From: Eledone cirrhosa
Lineage: Eukaryota
DNA: 64,000 nt
Direction of reading: 5' to 3'
Assembly: GCA_964016885.1 (NCBI GenBank)
Contig: OZ024744.1
Span: 116,188,001-116,252,000 of the forward strand
In this document: piece after piece, positions 51,869-63,560 of the stretch
Position numbering within the stretch: the stretch's first letter is position 1
How the letters are laid out: each line of letters begins with the position of its first letter
Notes under the pieces: model-generated
Databases searched by the model: none
The model's input: only the letters and a program-made list of their open reading frames with translations
What the model was told of the DNA's origin: nothing
Made by a program: the position numbers and the translations under genes

Positions 51869-54800
51869 ATATACTTAACTTATGCATATTAATGGCTGAG
51901 TAGCCCAACTTGCATATCGAGTGGGTTAATCGGCCGGGTGCACCTAAATCGATATACGGAAAAAATGAAAGGAAATTTCATTTCCCACTCTTAGTACGGC
52001 TGTTACTTAAATATAAGTATGTACACGTACATACACATATGTATAAAGACGTACAGTAGTATGTATATATATACATACATGCACACATATATACATGTAC
52101 GTATGGATTCACCGAACATTTATTATAGTGCTCGGTGTGTTTGTAAACAAACATGCCGTATTAAGCCGTATTGTCTAGCAACCATCGTTGCTCGTTTGTT
52201 CAACACTGACAAAGGAACGCTGTACTAGTTTCAAGCTTATTAGCTATCGTCAGCAACGTATACCTTCCTGGCAGATTGTTGAACGTATATACTTAACTTA
52301 TACATATTAATGGCTGAGTAGCCCAACTTGCATATCGAGTGCGTTAATCGGCCGGGTGCACCTAAAGCGATAAACGAAAAAAAAATGAAACGAAATTTCA
52401 TTTCCCACTCTTAGTACGGCTGTTACTTAAATATAAGTATGTACACGTACATACACATATGTACACAGACGTACAGTATTATGTATATATATATACATAC
52501 ATGCACACATATATACATGTACGTATGGATTCACCGAACATTTATTATAATGCTCGGTGTGTTTGTAAACAAACATGCCGTATTAAGCCTTAGTGTCTAG
52601 CAACCATCGCTGCTCGTTTGTTTAACACTGACAAAGAACGATGTACTGGTTTTCAGCTTATTAGCTATCGTCAGCACCGTATACCTTCCTGCCAGATTGT
52701 GGAACGTATATACTTACCTTATGCATATTAACGGCTGAGTAGCCCAATCTGCATATCGAGTGGGTTAATCGGCCGGATGCACCTAAAATGATAAACGGAA
52801 AAAAATGAAACGAAATTTCATTTCCCACTCTTAGTACGGCTGTTACTTAAATATAAGTATGTACACGTACATACACATATGTATACAGAGGTACAGTAGT
52901 GTGTATATATATATACATACATGCACACATATATACATGTACGTATGGATTCACCGAACATTTATTATAATGCTCAGTGTGTTTGTAAGCCAATATCCAG
53001 TATTATGCCGTAGTGTCTAGCAACCATCTTTGCTCGTTTGTTCAACACTGACAAAGAAACGCTGTACTAGTTTTAAGCTTATTAACTATCGTCAGCAACG
53101 TATACCATCCTGCCAGATTGTTGAACGTATATACTTACCTTATGCATATTAACAGCTGAGTAGCCCAATTTGCATATCGAGTGGGTTAATCGGACGGGTG
53201 CACCTAACATCATAAATGGAAAAAAATGAAACGAAATTTCATTTCCCACTCTTAGTACGGCTGTTACTTAAATATAAGTATGTACACGTACATACACATA
53301 TGTATACAGACGTACAGTAGTACGTGTATATATATACATACATGCACACATATATACATGTACGTATGGATTCACCGAAGATTTATTATATTGCTCGGTG
53401 TGTTTGTAAACAAACATCCCGTATTAAGCCGCAGTGTCTAGCAACCATCGTTGCTCGTTTGTTCAACACTGACAAAGGAACGCTGTACTAGTTTCAAGCT
53501 TATTAGCTATCGTCAGCATCGTATACCTTCCTGCAAAATTGTTGAACGTATATACTTACCTTATGCATATTAACGGGTGAGTAGGCCAATTTGCATATCG
53601 AGTGGGTTAATCGGCCGGGTGCCCCTAAAACGATAAACGAAAAAAAATGAAACGAAATTTCATTTCCCACTCTTAGAACGGCTGTTACTTAAATATAAGT
53701 ATGTACACGTACATACACTTATGATTTCAGACATACAGTATTATGTATATATATATATACATACATGCACACATATATACATGTACGTATGGATTCACAG
53801 AATATTTATTATAACTGTCGGTGTGTTTGTAAACAAACATCCCGTAATCAAGCCGTAGTGTCTAGCAACCATCGCTGTTCGGTTGTTTAACACTGACAAA
53901 GGAACGCTGTACTAGTTTCAAGCTTATTAGCTATCGTTAGCAACGTATACCTTCCTGCCAGATTGTTGAACGTATATACTTACCTTATGTATATTAACGG
54001 CTGAGTAGTCCAATTTGCATATCGAGTGGGTTAATCGGCCGGGTGCACCTAAAACGATAAACGAAAAAAAATGAAACGAAATTTCATTTCCCACTCTTAG
54101 TACCGCTGATACTTAAATATAAGTATGTACACGTACATACACATATGTATACAGACGTAGAGTAGTGTGTATATATATATACATACATGCACACATATAT
54201 ACATGTACGTATGGATTCACCGAACATTTATTATAATGCTCGGTGTGTTTGTAAACTATCATCCCGTATTAAGCCGTAGTGTCTAGCAACCATCGCTGCT
54301 CGTTTGCTCAACACTGACAAAGGAACGCTGTACTAGTTTCAAGCTTATTAGCTATCGTCAGCAACGTTTACCTTCCTGCCAGATTGTTGAACATATATAC
54401 TTACCTTATGCATATTAACAACTGAGTAGCCCAATTTGCATATCGAGTGGGTTAATCGGCCGGGTGCACCTAAGATCATAAACGGAAAAAAATGAAACGA
54501 AAAACATTTCCCACTCTTAGTACGGCTGTTACTTAAATATAAGTATGTACACGTACATACACATATGTATACAGACGTACAGTAGTATGTATATATATAT
54601 ACATACATGCACACATATATACATGTACGTATGGATTCACCGAAGCTTTATTATAATGCTCGGTGTGTTTGTAAACAAACATGCCGTATTAAGCCGTAGT
54701 GTCTAGCAACCATCGTTGCTGGTTTGTTCAACACTGACAAAGGAACGCTGTACTAGTTTCAAGCTTATTAGCTATCGTCAGCAACGTTTACCTTCCTGCC

Positions 54801-55496
54801 AGATTGTTGAACATATATACTTACCTTATGCATATTAACGGCTGAGTAGCTCAATTTGCATATCGAGTGGGTTAATCGGCCGGGTGCACCGAAAACGATA
54901 AAATGAAAAAATGAAACGAAATTTCATTTCCCACTCTTAGTACGGCTGTTACTCAATTATAGGTATGTACACGTACATACACATATGTATACAGACGTAC
55001 AGCATTATGTATATATATATATATATACATACATGCACACGTATATACATGTACGTATGGATTCACCGAACATTTATTATAATGCTCGGTGTGTTTGTAA
55101 ACACATATCCCGTATTAAGCCGTAGTGTCTAGCAACCATCGCTGTTCGTTTGTTCAACACTGACAAAGGAACGCTGTACTAGTTTCAAGCTTATTAGCTA
55201 TCGTCAGCAACGTATACCTTCCTGCCAAATTGTTGAACGTATATACTTACCTTATGCATATTATCGGCTGAGTAGCCCAATTTGCATATCGAGTGGGTTA
55301 ATCGGCCGGGTGCACCGAAAACGATAAACGGAAAAAATGAAACGGAATTTCATTCCCCACTCTTAGTACGGCTGTTACTTAAATATAAGTATGTATACGT
55401 ACATACACATATGTATACTGATGTACAGTATTATGTATATATATATATATACATTATGAGAGTAAAACAAAGAATCCTTTAATACATCAAAAGTTT

Positions 55497-55546
55497 TTAT
55501 TAGCAGACAATGTTTCGTCCTATTAAGGACTCATCAGGGCAATCAA
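55497..55546 (-). ncRNA. Minimal type I hammerhead in the downstream pLTR (stem I mismatch)
   Basis: TTGATTGCC CTGATGA GTCC TTAATA GGAC GAAAC ATT GTC TGCTAATAA. Confidence 0.8.
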
Positions 55547-57198
55547 AACAACAAGAGGTAATATTGGCAGATACAAGCCAGAAACTCTGAAGAATATGGA
55601 GTGTACATACACTAATGTCTTACAAAAATATATGATAATAAAAATGAAAATAAAGATAAAAATAATAAAATTATATAATAAGAATAACTAAGGATGTAGA
55701 TAACATTAAGAACCATATTACAAATATAGTCCAAAGCAACTACCTAAATCTAAACAAATTTGGTTATATAGAGCAGGAATTATATATAACACAATATAAT
55801 ACATTATAATAATAATATACTTTTACCAACATTAAAATTCCAAATTAAAAATCAAAAGGTACAATATATACATGTATATATGTGCGCGCGCACACACACA
55901 CACACATATAACAACCCACACATCTATGTTCGACTACACAAAAATTAAGCCCTATTAGAAGTTTGAATATTAAAAATAAGCATGGTAAGAGTGAAAATAA
56001 TACTAATACATCTACCCAATATACATGAGGCAATAATATGATATAATTACAAGAAACACATATAACAAATAATAAACAACAAAATTATATAATTCAATAT
56101 AATATAATAATAAAATAGATAGATAATCCCCGGTTAATTTACAGAAACAATATAGATGTCACAATAAAATACAATGATAAAACGTTAACAGTGTATTAAC
56201 ATATATCATAAACAATATATACAAATTGATTCATACTGGGTTACAGAATAAATGAGGAAATATAAATTATATAATACTAAAAAAAACTATAATGGTACAG
56301 GGGAAAATTATGATGTTCCAGAAAAAAATATGATGCTACAGAAAAAAAATATATACAGACATCTAACATGATATGTAAAGTCTAAATATCATAATGTTAC
56401 ATATTACAATATTACAAAAATCCAGACATCTTACATGATATATAAAGTTTAAATATCATAATGTTACATATAATGAACAGTAAGTAATAAGGATCAATAA
56501 TACATATAATATAATATAATATATTATAAAATTGGCATAAAATAAATACTTATAATTACAAGGTTAGTAGACAGACATATGTGGATGAGTGAGCGAAGCC
56601 AGACAGTGAATAGTAAATAGAATATAGAATAAAACAAATAAATACAATCAACCGGAAATTACAAAACAAAAGCAAATGTATACACATTTAGGCCTCGCGT
56701 GCATTTAAGAAATTAGGTAAACACTAAGGAAAGCAATCACTTTAATTGACTCCAAACCCTATTTGATAAATTAATATTAAAAATATCGAACCCGTCCAAT
56801 AAGGTAGTATAATATTAGCTGTAGTTTAAGTCATTAAAGTATATAAACTTTAATGTATCGTTACAAATGTTTACAAAAAGGAATAAAATTATACTATCAT
56901 ATACGCAACGATATCTAAAAAACTGACTTAAGTAGAATTAAGGTAGGCTAATGGGGACAGAATTGACGAAATATATGGAGGGTGCGAAGTGGCATAAAAT
57001 ATATTCGATATACTATAATAAATAACAGAACGGAGCATAAAAGAGGCGGGGGTTAAATATAATCATATTCAATCTGGAGGGGTTGACAATAAGTTTATGT
57101 GCGCATGGGGGGGGGGAGGGGGGTTGTCGATAGATAAATCAGAATAGACTTAGAAATAAAAATAGAATTAAAAATAAAATTAAAATTAAAGTTAATAA

Positions 57199-57233
<35 letters not shown>

Positions 57234-57437
57234 TATAAAGATAATAGAATAACGTAAGTGGCGTAAAGTGTGTAATCTTATGTATACTAACAAGGTGTAA
57301 TAGTGAAGACATAGATATGGTACAGTAGCCAAATGATTATGAGAGCTAGAATGAAGAGTCATCAAAAACCAATGGTAACATTAATGTTGGCAAACCAAAA
57401 GAACCCAAACAAAAAACTAAGTAATGGAATATATCTG

Positions 57438-60131
57438 CTAATGGGTACAATTTGTACTACTAGAACATTTGGGTTTATAATAAAAATAAGAATTAGAAAT
57501 GGCATGGGGGCAAGAAGAGAATATCTCAGACTTTCTATTCAGTAAGGGTACGCTAGAGAAAATAATAGAGTGTGTCTCAAGTATACAGAGATTACAAAAC
57601 TTACTATGTGCAGAAAGGTGGTTAGATCGTGCTACTAAACCCCAGTTAAGGCTATATGGTATATAAGCTCCCTTAAGATCCCAGATATAATGCGCTAAAG
57701 AGGTAGAATTCTTAAACCTAACATGTTTGAAGTTAGAGATATGAGAGTTAAACCTAGTCTTAAAAGTGTTTGAAGTAGATCCTATATACGTTCTTTTAGA
57801 GGAATTAGTTATAACCTCGCAAGCGTAGACAATGTTCTTAGAAAGGCAGTTACCGTTTAGAGGGCAGTTAGCACTCACTCTACAATTGCACTTCCGGGTG
57901 TTATTGGTTGGCTCGAGTGGTGATGTATTACACGTAGGACCTCTATTAGATAAGGACTGTTCTGGTGGTAAAGCATTGTCCGATCCATTCAGACTAGTAG
58001 TATGTAGAGAGGAGAATCCATCCCTAATTTTCCTATTATTAGTGCTAGCTAAATGAGAACTAATATTAGGGGTGGTAGAGAATGAGAGTTTAATAACATT
58101 TTTATTAAAAATACCAAGGTATTTGTGAGAAGGGGGGAAATTTTTCTCTAAGATAGTGAAGAAAGACCTAGGGATATTAGTTGATACATCCTGATTATAT
58201 GGCGGGTTGAAATAAGTATTTAATCGCCTTCTATTTTTATTTTTATTCTTATCGACCCTACCTCTATCAAAAGTCCCACCGTCGAGACTAGGGTTACTAT
58301 CGGGAATAGTTGAAGCCACATTCATAGAATCAGCCATAATTTCGTTATGCCTATTATAGTTTCTACCTCCAGTAGATCCGCTGTTGTCCGGAATCCCTAC
58401 AAGAGGATTAAGGCCAATGATAGGAGCAGTAGGAGCAACATTATTAGAATAAGATCTAGCCAAACCAACACCAATGCGTGAGCGCACAAGGGGCTCGACT
58501 TGTCTCCTAGAGGTATTATATTTGCTATTACGAGTCAGGTGGGATAACTTATGGGTGGGTTCAGATACTCCTATATAAGTTCTACGGTTACTATGTTTGC
58601 TACTCCCATTCATGGCCATGTTATGTGATATAATGTTATTATTATTAAGAGTAAGCGGAGACTTTCTAAGGTTACTATTATTATAATTTATTTTACTAGA
58701 GTGACCTGAATTTGCTAGGGCATTATTGTAGTACTCCGCATGTTCATTAAAAGTTCCTATGTCCTTAGATAGTGTGGAAATCCTATTAGAAACGCCCTTA
58801 ATTATAGAGTTTATCATAGACTTAGGGTGGTTAGAGTTGGGGCTAACATAAGAAAGAATTTTATTAGGCTTATGGAAGGGTTTAAAATTATTAGTGGCCA
58901 AGTCCAAAGTCACATCTAAAAAGTTAACCGCTCTATCATTTCTATCTATCGTGATTGAAAGGTTGTAGCTTTTAAAAAACCTATAAAGCTTCTTCTTATT
59001 ATGTTCTACATTGTTGGTGCTAGAGTTAATTACAAACAATGCATCATCACGATATAGTCCGCCTATAAGGTGCGGGAAGGTAGCGTATAGTTCATTAAGG
59101 AGGAACAACCCAACAAGATCAGTAACCTGGGCCGAATCACTCGAACCCATTGTAACGTCGAAATTATTGGGCGTGTTTTTACGGGTCCAAAATATGTCCT
59201 CAAATTTAATAATAGTTTTACGGGCTGCTAGTATAATATCTACCTGCGGTCGTGTAAGGCTGGACACTCTCATGGCCATCATTAAGGCTTTATTGAGGAG
59301 GATGGGTGAAATTGATGTGTAGTAGGCATCAATATCGAATTGGATAAACTTATTAGATTCAAGTCTATTAATCCCAGAGAACCAATCTATAACTTCCCTA
59401 GTGTTCCCCCATAGGTTAAAATTAACCTTATCCCTAACATCTGGTATAATAAGGTCAAGGATTTTTTTACTGATAATGGCTATATCCGACTTAGAAGGAC
59501 AGATAAGTCTAACTGAGGGGTTACTAATAAAATCAACCTTATGGTCCTTAAGTGTGAATCTCGGTTCTCGAGGGTAATATGGCTGGGTATACTTATCGAG
59601 TCCGAGGTCAGAGACTATTCTAAGGCCCTCACTGTTGATGTGGTTCAAATTCTCAAGCGTAGTTTTTTTATAGTTTCTATATAACTCTTTATAAATAAAA
59701 TCGCGGTATGTACTATAGTCCATGGAGTATAGATTCTTAGTCTTATCTGCCGGGACCAGAATGGACTTATTCTCACCGAAACCCTTAACAATATTTTAAA
59801 GTCTGGACTGGAATTTATCAAAATTACTATTGTTTCAATGTCTATTATTTGGCCTAAGCCTAACATTTTTGACCAGAGAGAGTAAGTCACCTTCGAAACT
59901 ATCTAATAGTATGTTGTGTGGTGGGCTCTTATAAGTTTTGAAGCCGTAGTTATTAAAATTTGTTCTATTCCTGGGGTCCTTCCTATTCTTATTATTATCG
60001 TAGTGGAACGCACGCCATCTAATACTTTTTACAAATGAGTTAACACTAGCTATCAGTAGTTTTTGGTAAGTATTCTTAGAGGGGGTGGGAATATTTTTCA
60101 GAGATAAAGGCAAGTAACTCTTTGTTAGCAT
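57438..60131 (-). pseudogene. Penelope-like reverse transcriptase plus C-terminal GIY-YIG endonuclease, two in-frame stops
   Basis: ORFs 59835-60131 and 57438-59723 share a frame (TGA 59835-37, TAA 59796-98). Motifs: LKNIP, RWRA, PADKT, LKDHK, FDIDAYY, VTMGS, LYRDD, FLDV, HKP, SNHP, FNPPY, CNCR..CPLNGNC, IVY..YIG..F..R..H, CNLC..E, LLN..SE. Confidence 0.92.
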
Positions 60132-60351
60132 ACTGTCAGATAAAAATATATAGAGGCCAAAATACCAGTATATATGTGAGTAAGCTCAACCTGTCGGGAG
60201 CAGTTACAAGGATTAGAATACTGGAGCGTGTTTGAGTCAAACACCCTCTTCGTATTATAGAAATGACAGTAAAGGTATAGCTCAATGCAGTTAAACAGAG
60301 CCAAAAAATTAAGAGAGTAAAACAAAGAATCCTTTAATACATCAAAAGTTT

Positions 60352-60401
60352 TTATTAGCCGACAATGTTTCGTCCTATTAAGGACTCATCAGGGCAATCA
60401 A
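60352..60401 (-). ncRNA. Minimal type I hammerhead in the upstream pLTR (intact)
   Basis: TTGATTGCC CTGATGA GTCC TTAATA GGAC GAAAC ATT GTC GGCTAATAA: canonical core, GUC triplet, stem I GCC/GGC. Confidence 0.88.
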
Positions 60402-61998
60402 AACAACAAGAGGTAATATCGGCAGATACAAGCCAGAAACTCTGAAGAATATGGAGTGTACATACACTAATGTCTTACAAAAATATATGATAATAAAAAT
60501 GAAAATAAAGATAAAAATAATAAAAATATATAATAAGAATAACTAAGGATGTAGATAACATTAAGAACCATATTACAAATATAGTCCAAAGCAACCAACC
60601 TAAATCTAAACAAATTTGGTTATATAGAGCAGGAATTATATATAACACAATATAATACATTATAATAATAATATACTTTTACCAACATTAAAATTCCAAA
60701 TTAAAAATCAAAAGGTACAATATATACATGTATATATGTGCGCGCACACACACACACACACACACACATATAACAACCCACACATCTATGTTCGACTACA
60801 CAAAAATTAAGCCCTATTAGAAGTTTGAATATTAAAAATAAGCATGGTAAGAGTGAAAATAATACTAATACATCTACCCAATATACATGAGGCAATAATA
60901 TGATATAATTACAAGAAACACACATAACAAATAATAAACAACAAAATTATATAATTCAATATAATATAATAATAAAATAGATAGGTAATCCCCGGTTAAT
61001 TTACAGAAACAATATAGATGTCACAATAAAATACAATGATAAAACGTTAACAGTGTATTAACATATATCATAAACAATATATACAAATTGATTCATACTG
61101 GGTTACAGAATAAATGAGGAAATATAAATTATATAATACTCAAAAAAACTATAATGGTACAGGGAAAAATTATGATGTTCCAGAAAAAAATATGATGCTA
61201 CAGAAAAAAATATATACAGACATCTAACATGATATGTAAAGTCTAAATATCATAATGTTACATATTACAATATTACAAAAATCCAGACATCTTACATGAT
61301 ATATAAAGTTTAAATATCATAATGTTACATATAATGAACAGTAAGTAATAAGGATCAATAATACATATAATATAATATAATATATTATAAAATTGGCATA
61401 AAATAAATACTTATAATTACAAGGTTAGTAGACAGACATATGTGGATGAGTGAGCGAAGCCAGACAGTGAATAGTAAATAGAATATAGAATAAAACAAAT
61501 AAATACAATCAACCGGAAATTACAAATCCACAAACATCCACATATGTCTGTAGTAAGAGTTGCCTCCCCTGCCACGACAATCGAATCGCTGTTCTCTAGA
61601 CAGGAAGTAGGTGGAGTTGCTTCCCTTTGGGATTGACCAAACTCCCTAGTGGTCACTTCCGGTCAACAGAGATAAAAGGAGCGATTAACCGCGAAATCTC
61701 TCTCTCGCCTCCTGATTCCTGAAGTGGTAACATCTTCGACCATAGCTGGTGATTCTTTCTGGACGACCCTTTCGTTACCAGCACAATGCAGCTCACCAGC
61801 CTGAGATGAGAGCGCCAAGATATTTCTACCAACTTCACAATGGTATTATTGCCATCGGGTAACAACCCTTTACATTATACACCTTTGACTTCTATGAAGT
61901 AAAACTTTATCACACACACCAGTACTCTTTGTCTTTTATATTATGTTGCATGTGCACCGATATCTATTTCCTAAAGTGGTGACCCCGACGTGATGAAC

Positions 61999-62030
61999 GG
62001 CTGCGTGTTCGTATCACGTTAAGGTTACCA
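61999..62030 (+). other. 3' 32 nt of mature tRNA-Trp including CCA (the extended PBS of the inverted LTR)
   Basis: GGCTGCGTGTTCGTATCACGTTAAGGTTACCA versus recalled tRNA-Trp GGCTGCGTGTTCGAATCACGTCGGGGTCACCA. Confidence 0.75.
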
Positions 62031-62031
62031 A

Positions 62032-62397
62032 TATAGCGAGGATACTGGATTGTATGGATGTAACAAAACGAGACATGGTTTGTATGTATAATATTTAATT
62101 AACGGTAGATAGTATACTTGACATGTCAAAGATAGATGTTAGAATGAAACAAAGTTAGTAGTTACCGTTTTGATTGCCAGGCAAACGCGGCTGGCAGAGG
62201 ACGCCTGGCTAAGGCCAGGCGCCTGTTGGCCAAATTAATGGCAGAGCCAAATGTGAGGCTCTTGACCAGGTGCCGAAAAGGCAATGAGAGAAAGGAAGCT
62301 TAAAGTTGTTAGTTTTATAGGGCTCTGACCGGAAGTCGCAGAAAGGGTTCCACCTCCCGTCTAGATCCCAATCAAAACAAGGGAGACAACCGCTACA
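62032..62397 (-). mobile_element. Inverted related LTR inside the TRIM, with its own PPT/3'UTR (62398-~62485)
   Basis: Minus strand reads AAAATTCTGGCGGGAGGTTA|TGTAGCGG...CCTCGCTATA|T TGGTAACC; shares TCTAGAC and ACTTCCGGTCA..ATAAAA with the outer LTR. Confidence 0.75.
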
Positions 62398-63560
62398 TAA
62401 CCTCCCGCCAGAATTTTAGTGTATAAAAATCGAAATGAAAATATGTAGCAAGTTGGCGAGAATGTTGTAACAGGCATGAAAATTACGACAAAAGAATGTT
62501 CGGAAAAATCAATGATAGATATCAAGGTAGCCAACCGCTCTTGGCCAGCAACAGCAATACAGCAGCAGCAGCAACAGCAACAGCAATACAGCAACTCAGC
62601 TTCACCAACAACCAAAGCCAGAGAATTAATTTTTGCAGCACTCTTCCTGTGAGAAAATCCATTTGGATGTTGGAAATTTCACGATATACCACATAACAGA
62701 AACCACCTGCATTCATTCTCTGGAACACACTTTCTTTCCTGCTGTCATGTGATTGCACACCTGTGAACTATATTTTGTACATTTGAACTTTTGACTTTTC
62801 TTACTTCCATTACTCTGTACCATATTTTTCATGCCTCTTACATGCTCGCCATCTTACTCCATGCATGCTTCTTTCGATTTTTTATGTTTTAAAAATCTGG
62901 CGGGGGATACTGTAGTAAGAGTTGCCTCCCCTGCCACGACAATCGAATCGCTGTTCTCTAGACAGGAAGTAGGTGGAGTTGCTTCCCTTTGGGATTGACC
63001 AAACTCCCTAGTGGTCACTTCCGGTCAACAGAGATAAAAGGAGCGATTAACCGCGAAATCTCTCTCTCGCCTCCTGATTCCTGAAGTGGTAACATCTTCG
63101 ACCATAGCTGGTGATTCTTTCTGGACGATCCTTTCGTTACCAGCACAATGCAGCTCACCAGCCTGAGATGAGAGCGCCAAGATATTTCTACCAACTTCAC
63201 AATGGTATTATTGCCATCGGGTAACAACCCTTTACATTATACACCTTTGACTTCTATGAAGTAAAACTTTATCACACACACCAGTACTCTTTGTCTTTTA
63301 TATTATGTTGCATGTGCACCGATATCTATTTCCTAAATGTCTGTCTACTAACCTTGTAATTATAAGTATTTATATATTTTATAATATATTATATTATATT
63401 ATATGTATTATTGATCCTTATTACTTACTGTTCATTATATGTAACATTATGATATTTAAACTTTATATATCATGTAAGATGTCTGGATTTTTGTAATATT
63501 GTAATATGTAACATTATGATATTTAGACTTTACATATCATGTTAGATGTCTGTATATATA

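Larger units (their letters stand above)
33316..55457 (-). repeat. ~422-bp satellite (~52 units), each unit with a hammerhead ribozyme motif: retrozyme-like tandem array
   Basis: Tandem ~420-425-bp units. The recurring + strand acgctgtactagtttcaagcttattagctatcgtcagcaacgt reads on the minus strand as ACGTTG CTGACGA TAGCTAATAAGCTT GAAAC TA GTA CAGCGT. Confidence 0.9.
61549..63337 (+). mobile_element. Young non-autonomous (TRIM-like) LTR element, LTRs 61549-61975 and 62911-63337
   Basis: 427-bp LTRs nearly identical (one difference noticed); TSD tgtc; Trp PBS 61977-61994; PPT ggcggggga before the 3' LTR; inserted in the inverted pLTR piece. Confidence 0.93.
55458..63560 (-). mobile_element. Penelope-like element (Naiad-like by inference): pLTR-ORF-pLTR plus partial inverted pLTR at the 5' end
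   Basis: Direct repeats 55458-~56665 and 60313-~61526 flank an RT plus GIY-YIG ORF. 61535-61548 and 63338-63560 together are the reverse complement of ~61211-61448. Confidence 0.9.

Noticed and set aside
59796-59837. In-frame TGA as selenocysteine (reported for some Naiad elements)
   Set aside because: A TAA follows 13 codons later, the site is not an obvious Cys position, and I could not see a SECIS; ordinary decay is simpler.
61999-62030. Functional tRNA gene
   Set aside because: Only the 3' 32 nt are present, with encoded CCA and no D or anticodon arms.
62545-62600. CAG/CAA tract as a polyQ or polyC protein
   Set aside because: Short simple repeat in a non-coding TRIM interior with no supporting domain.
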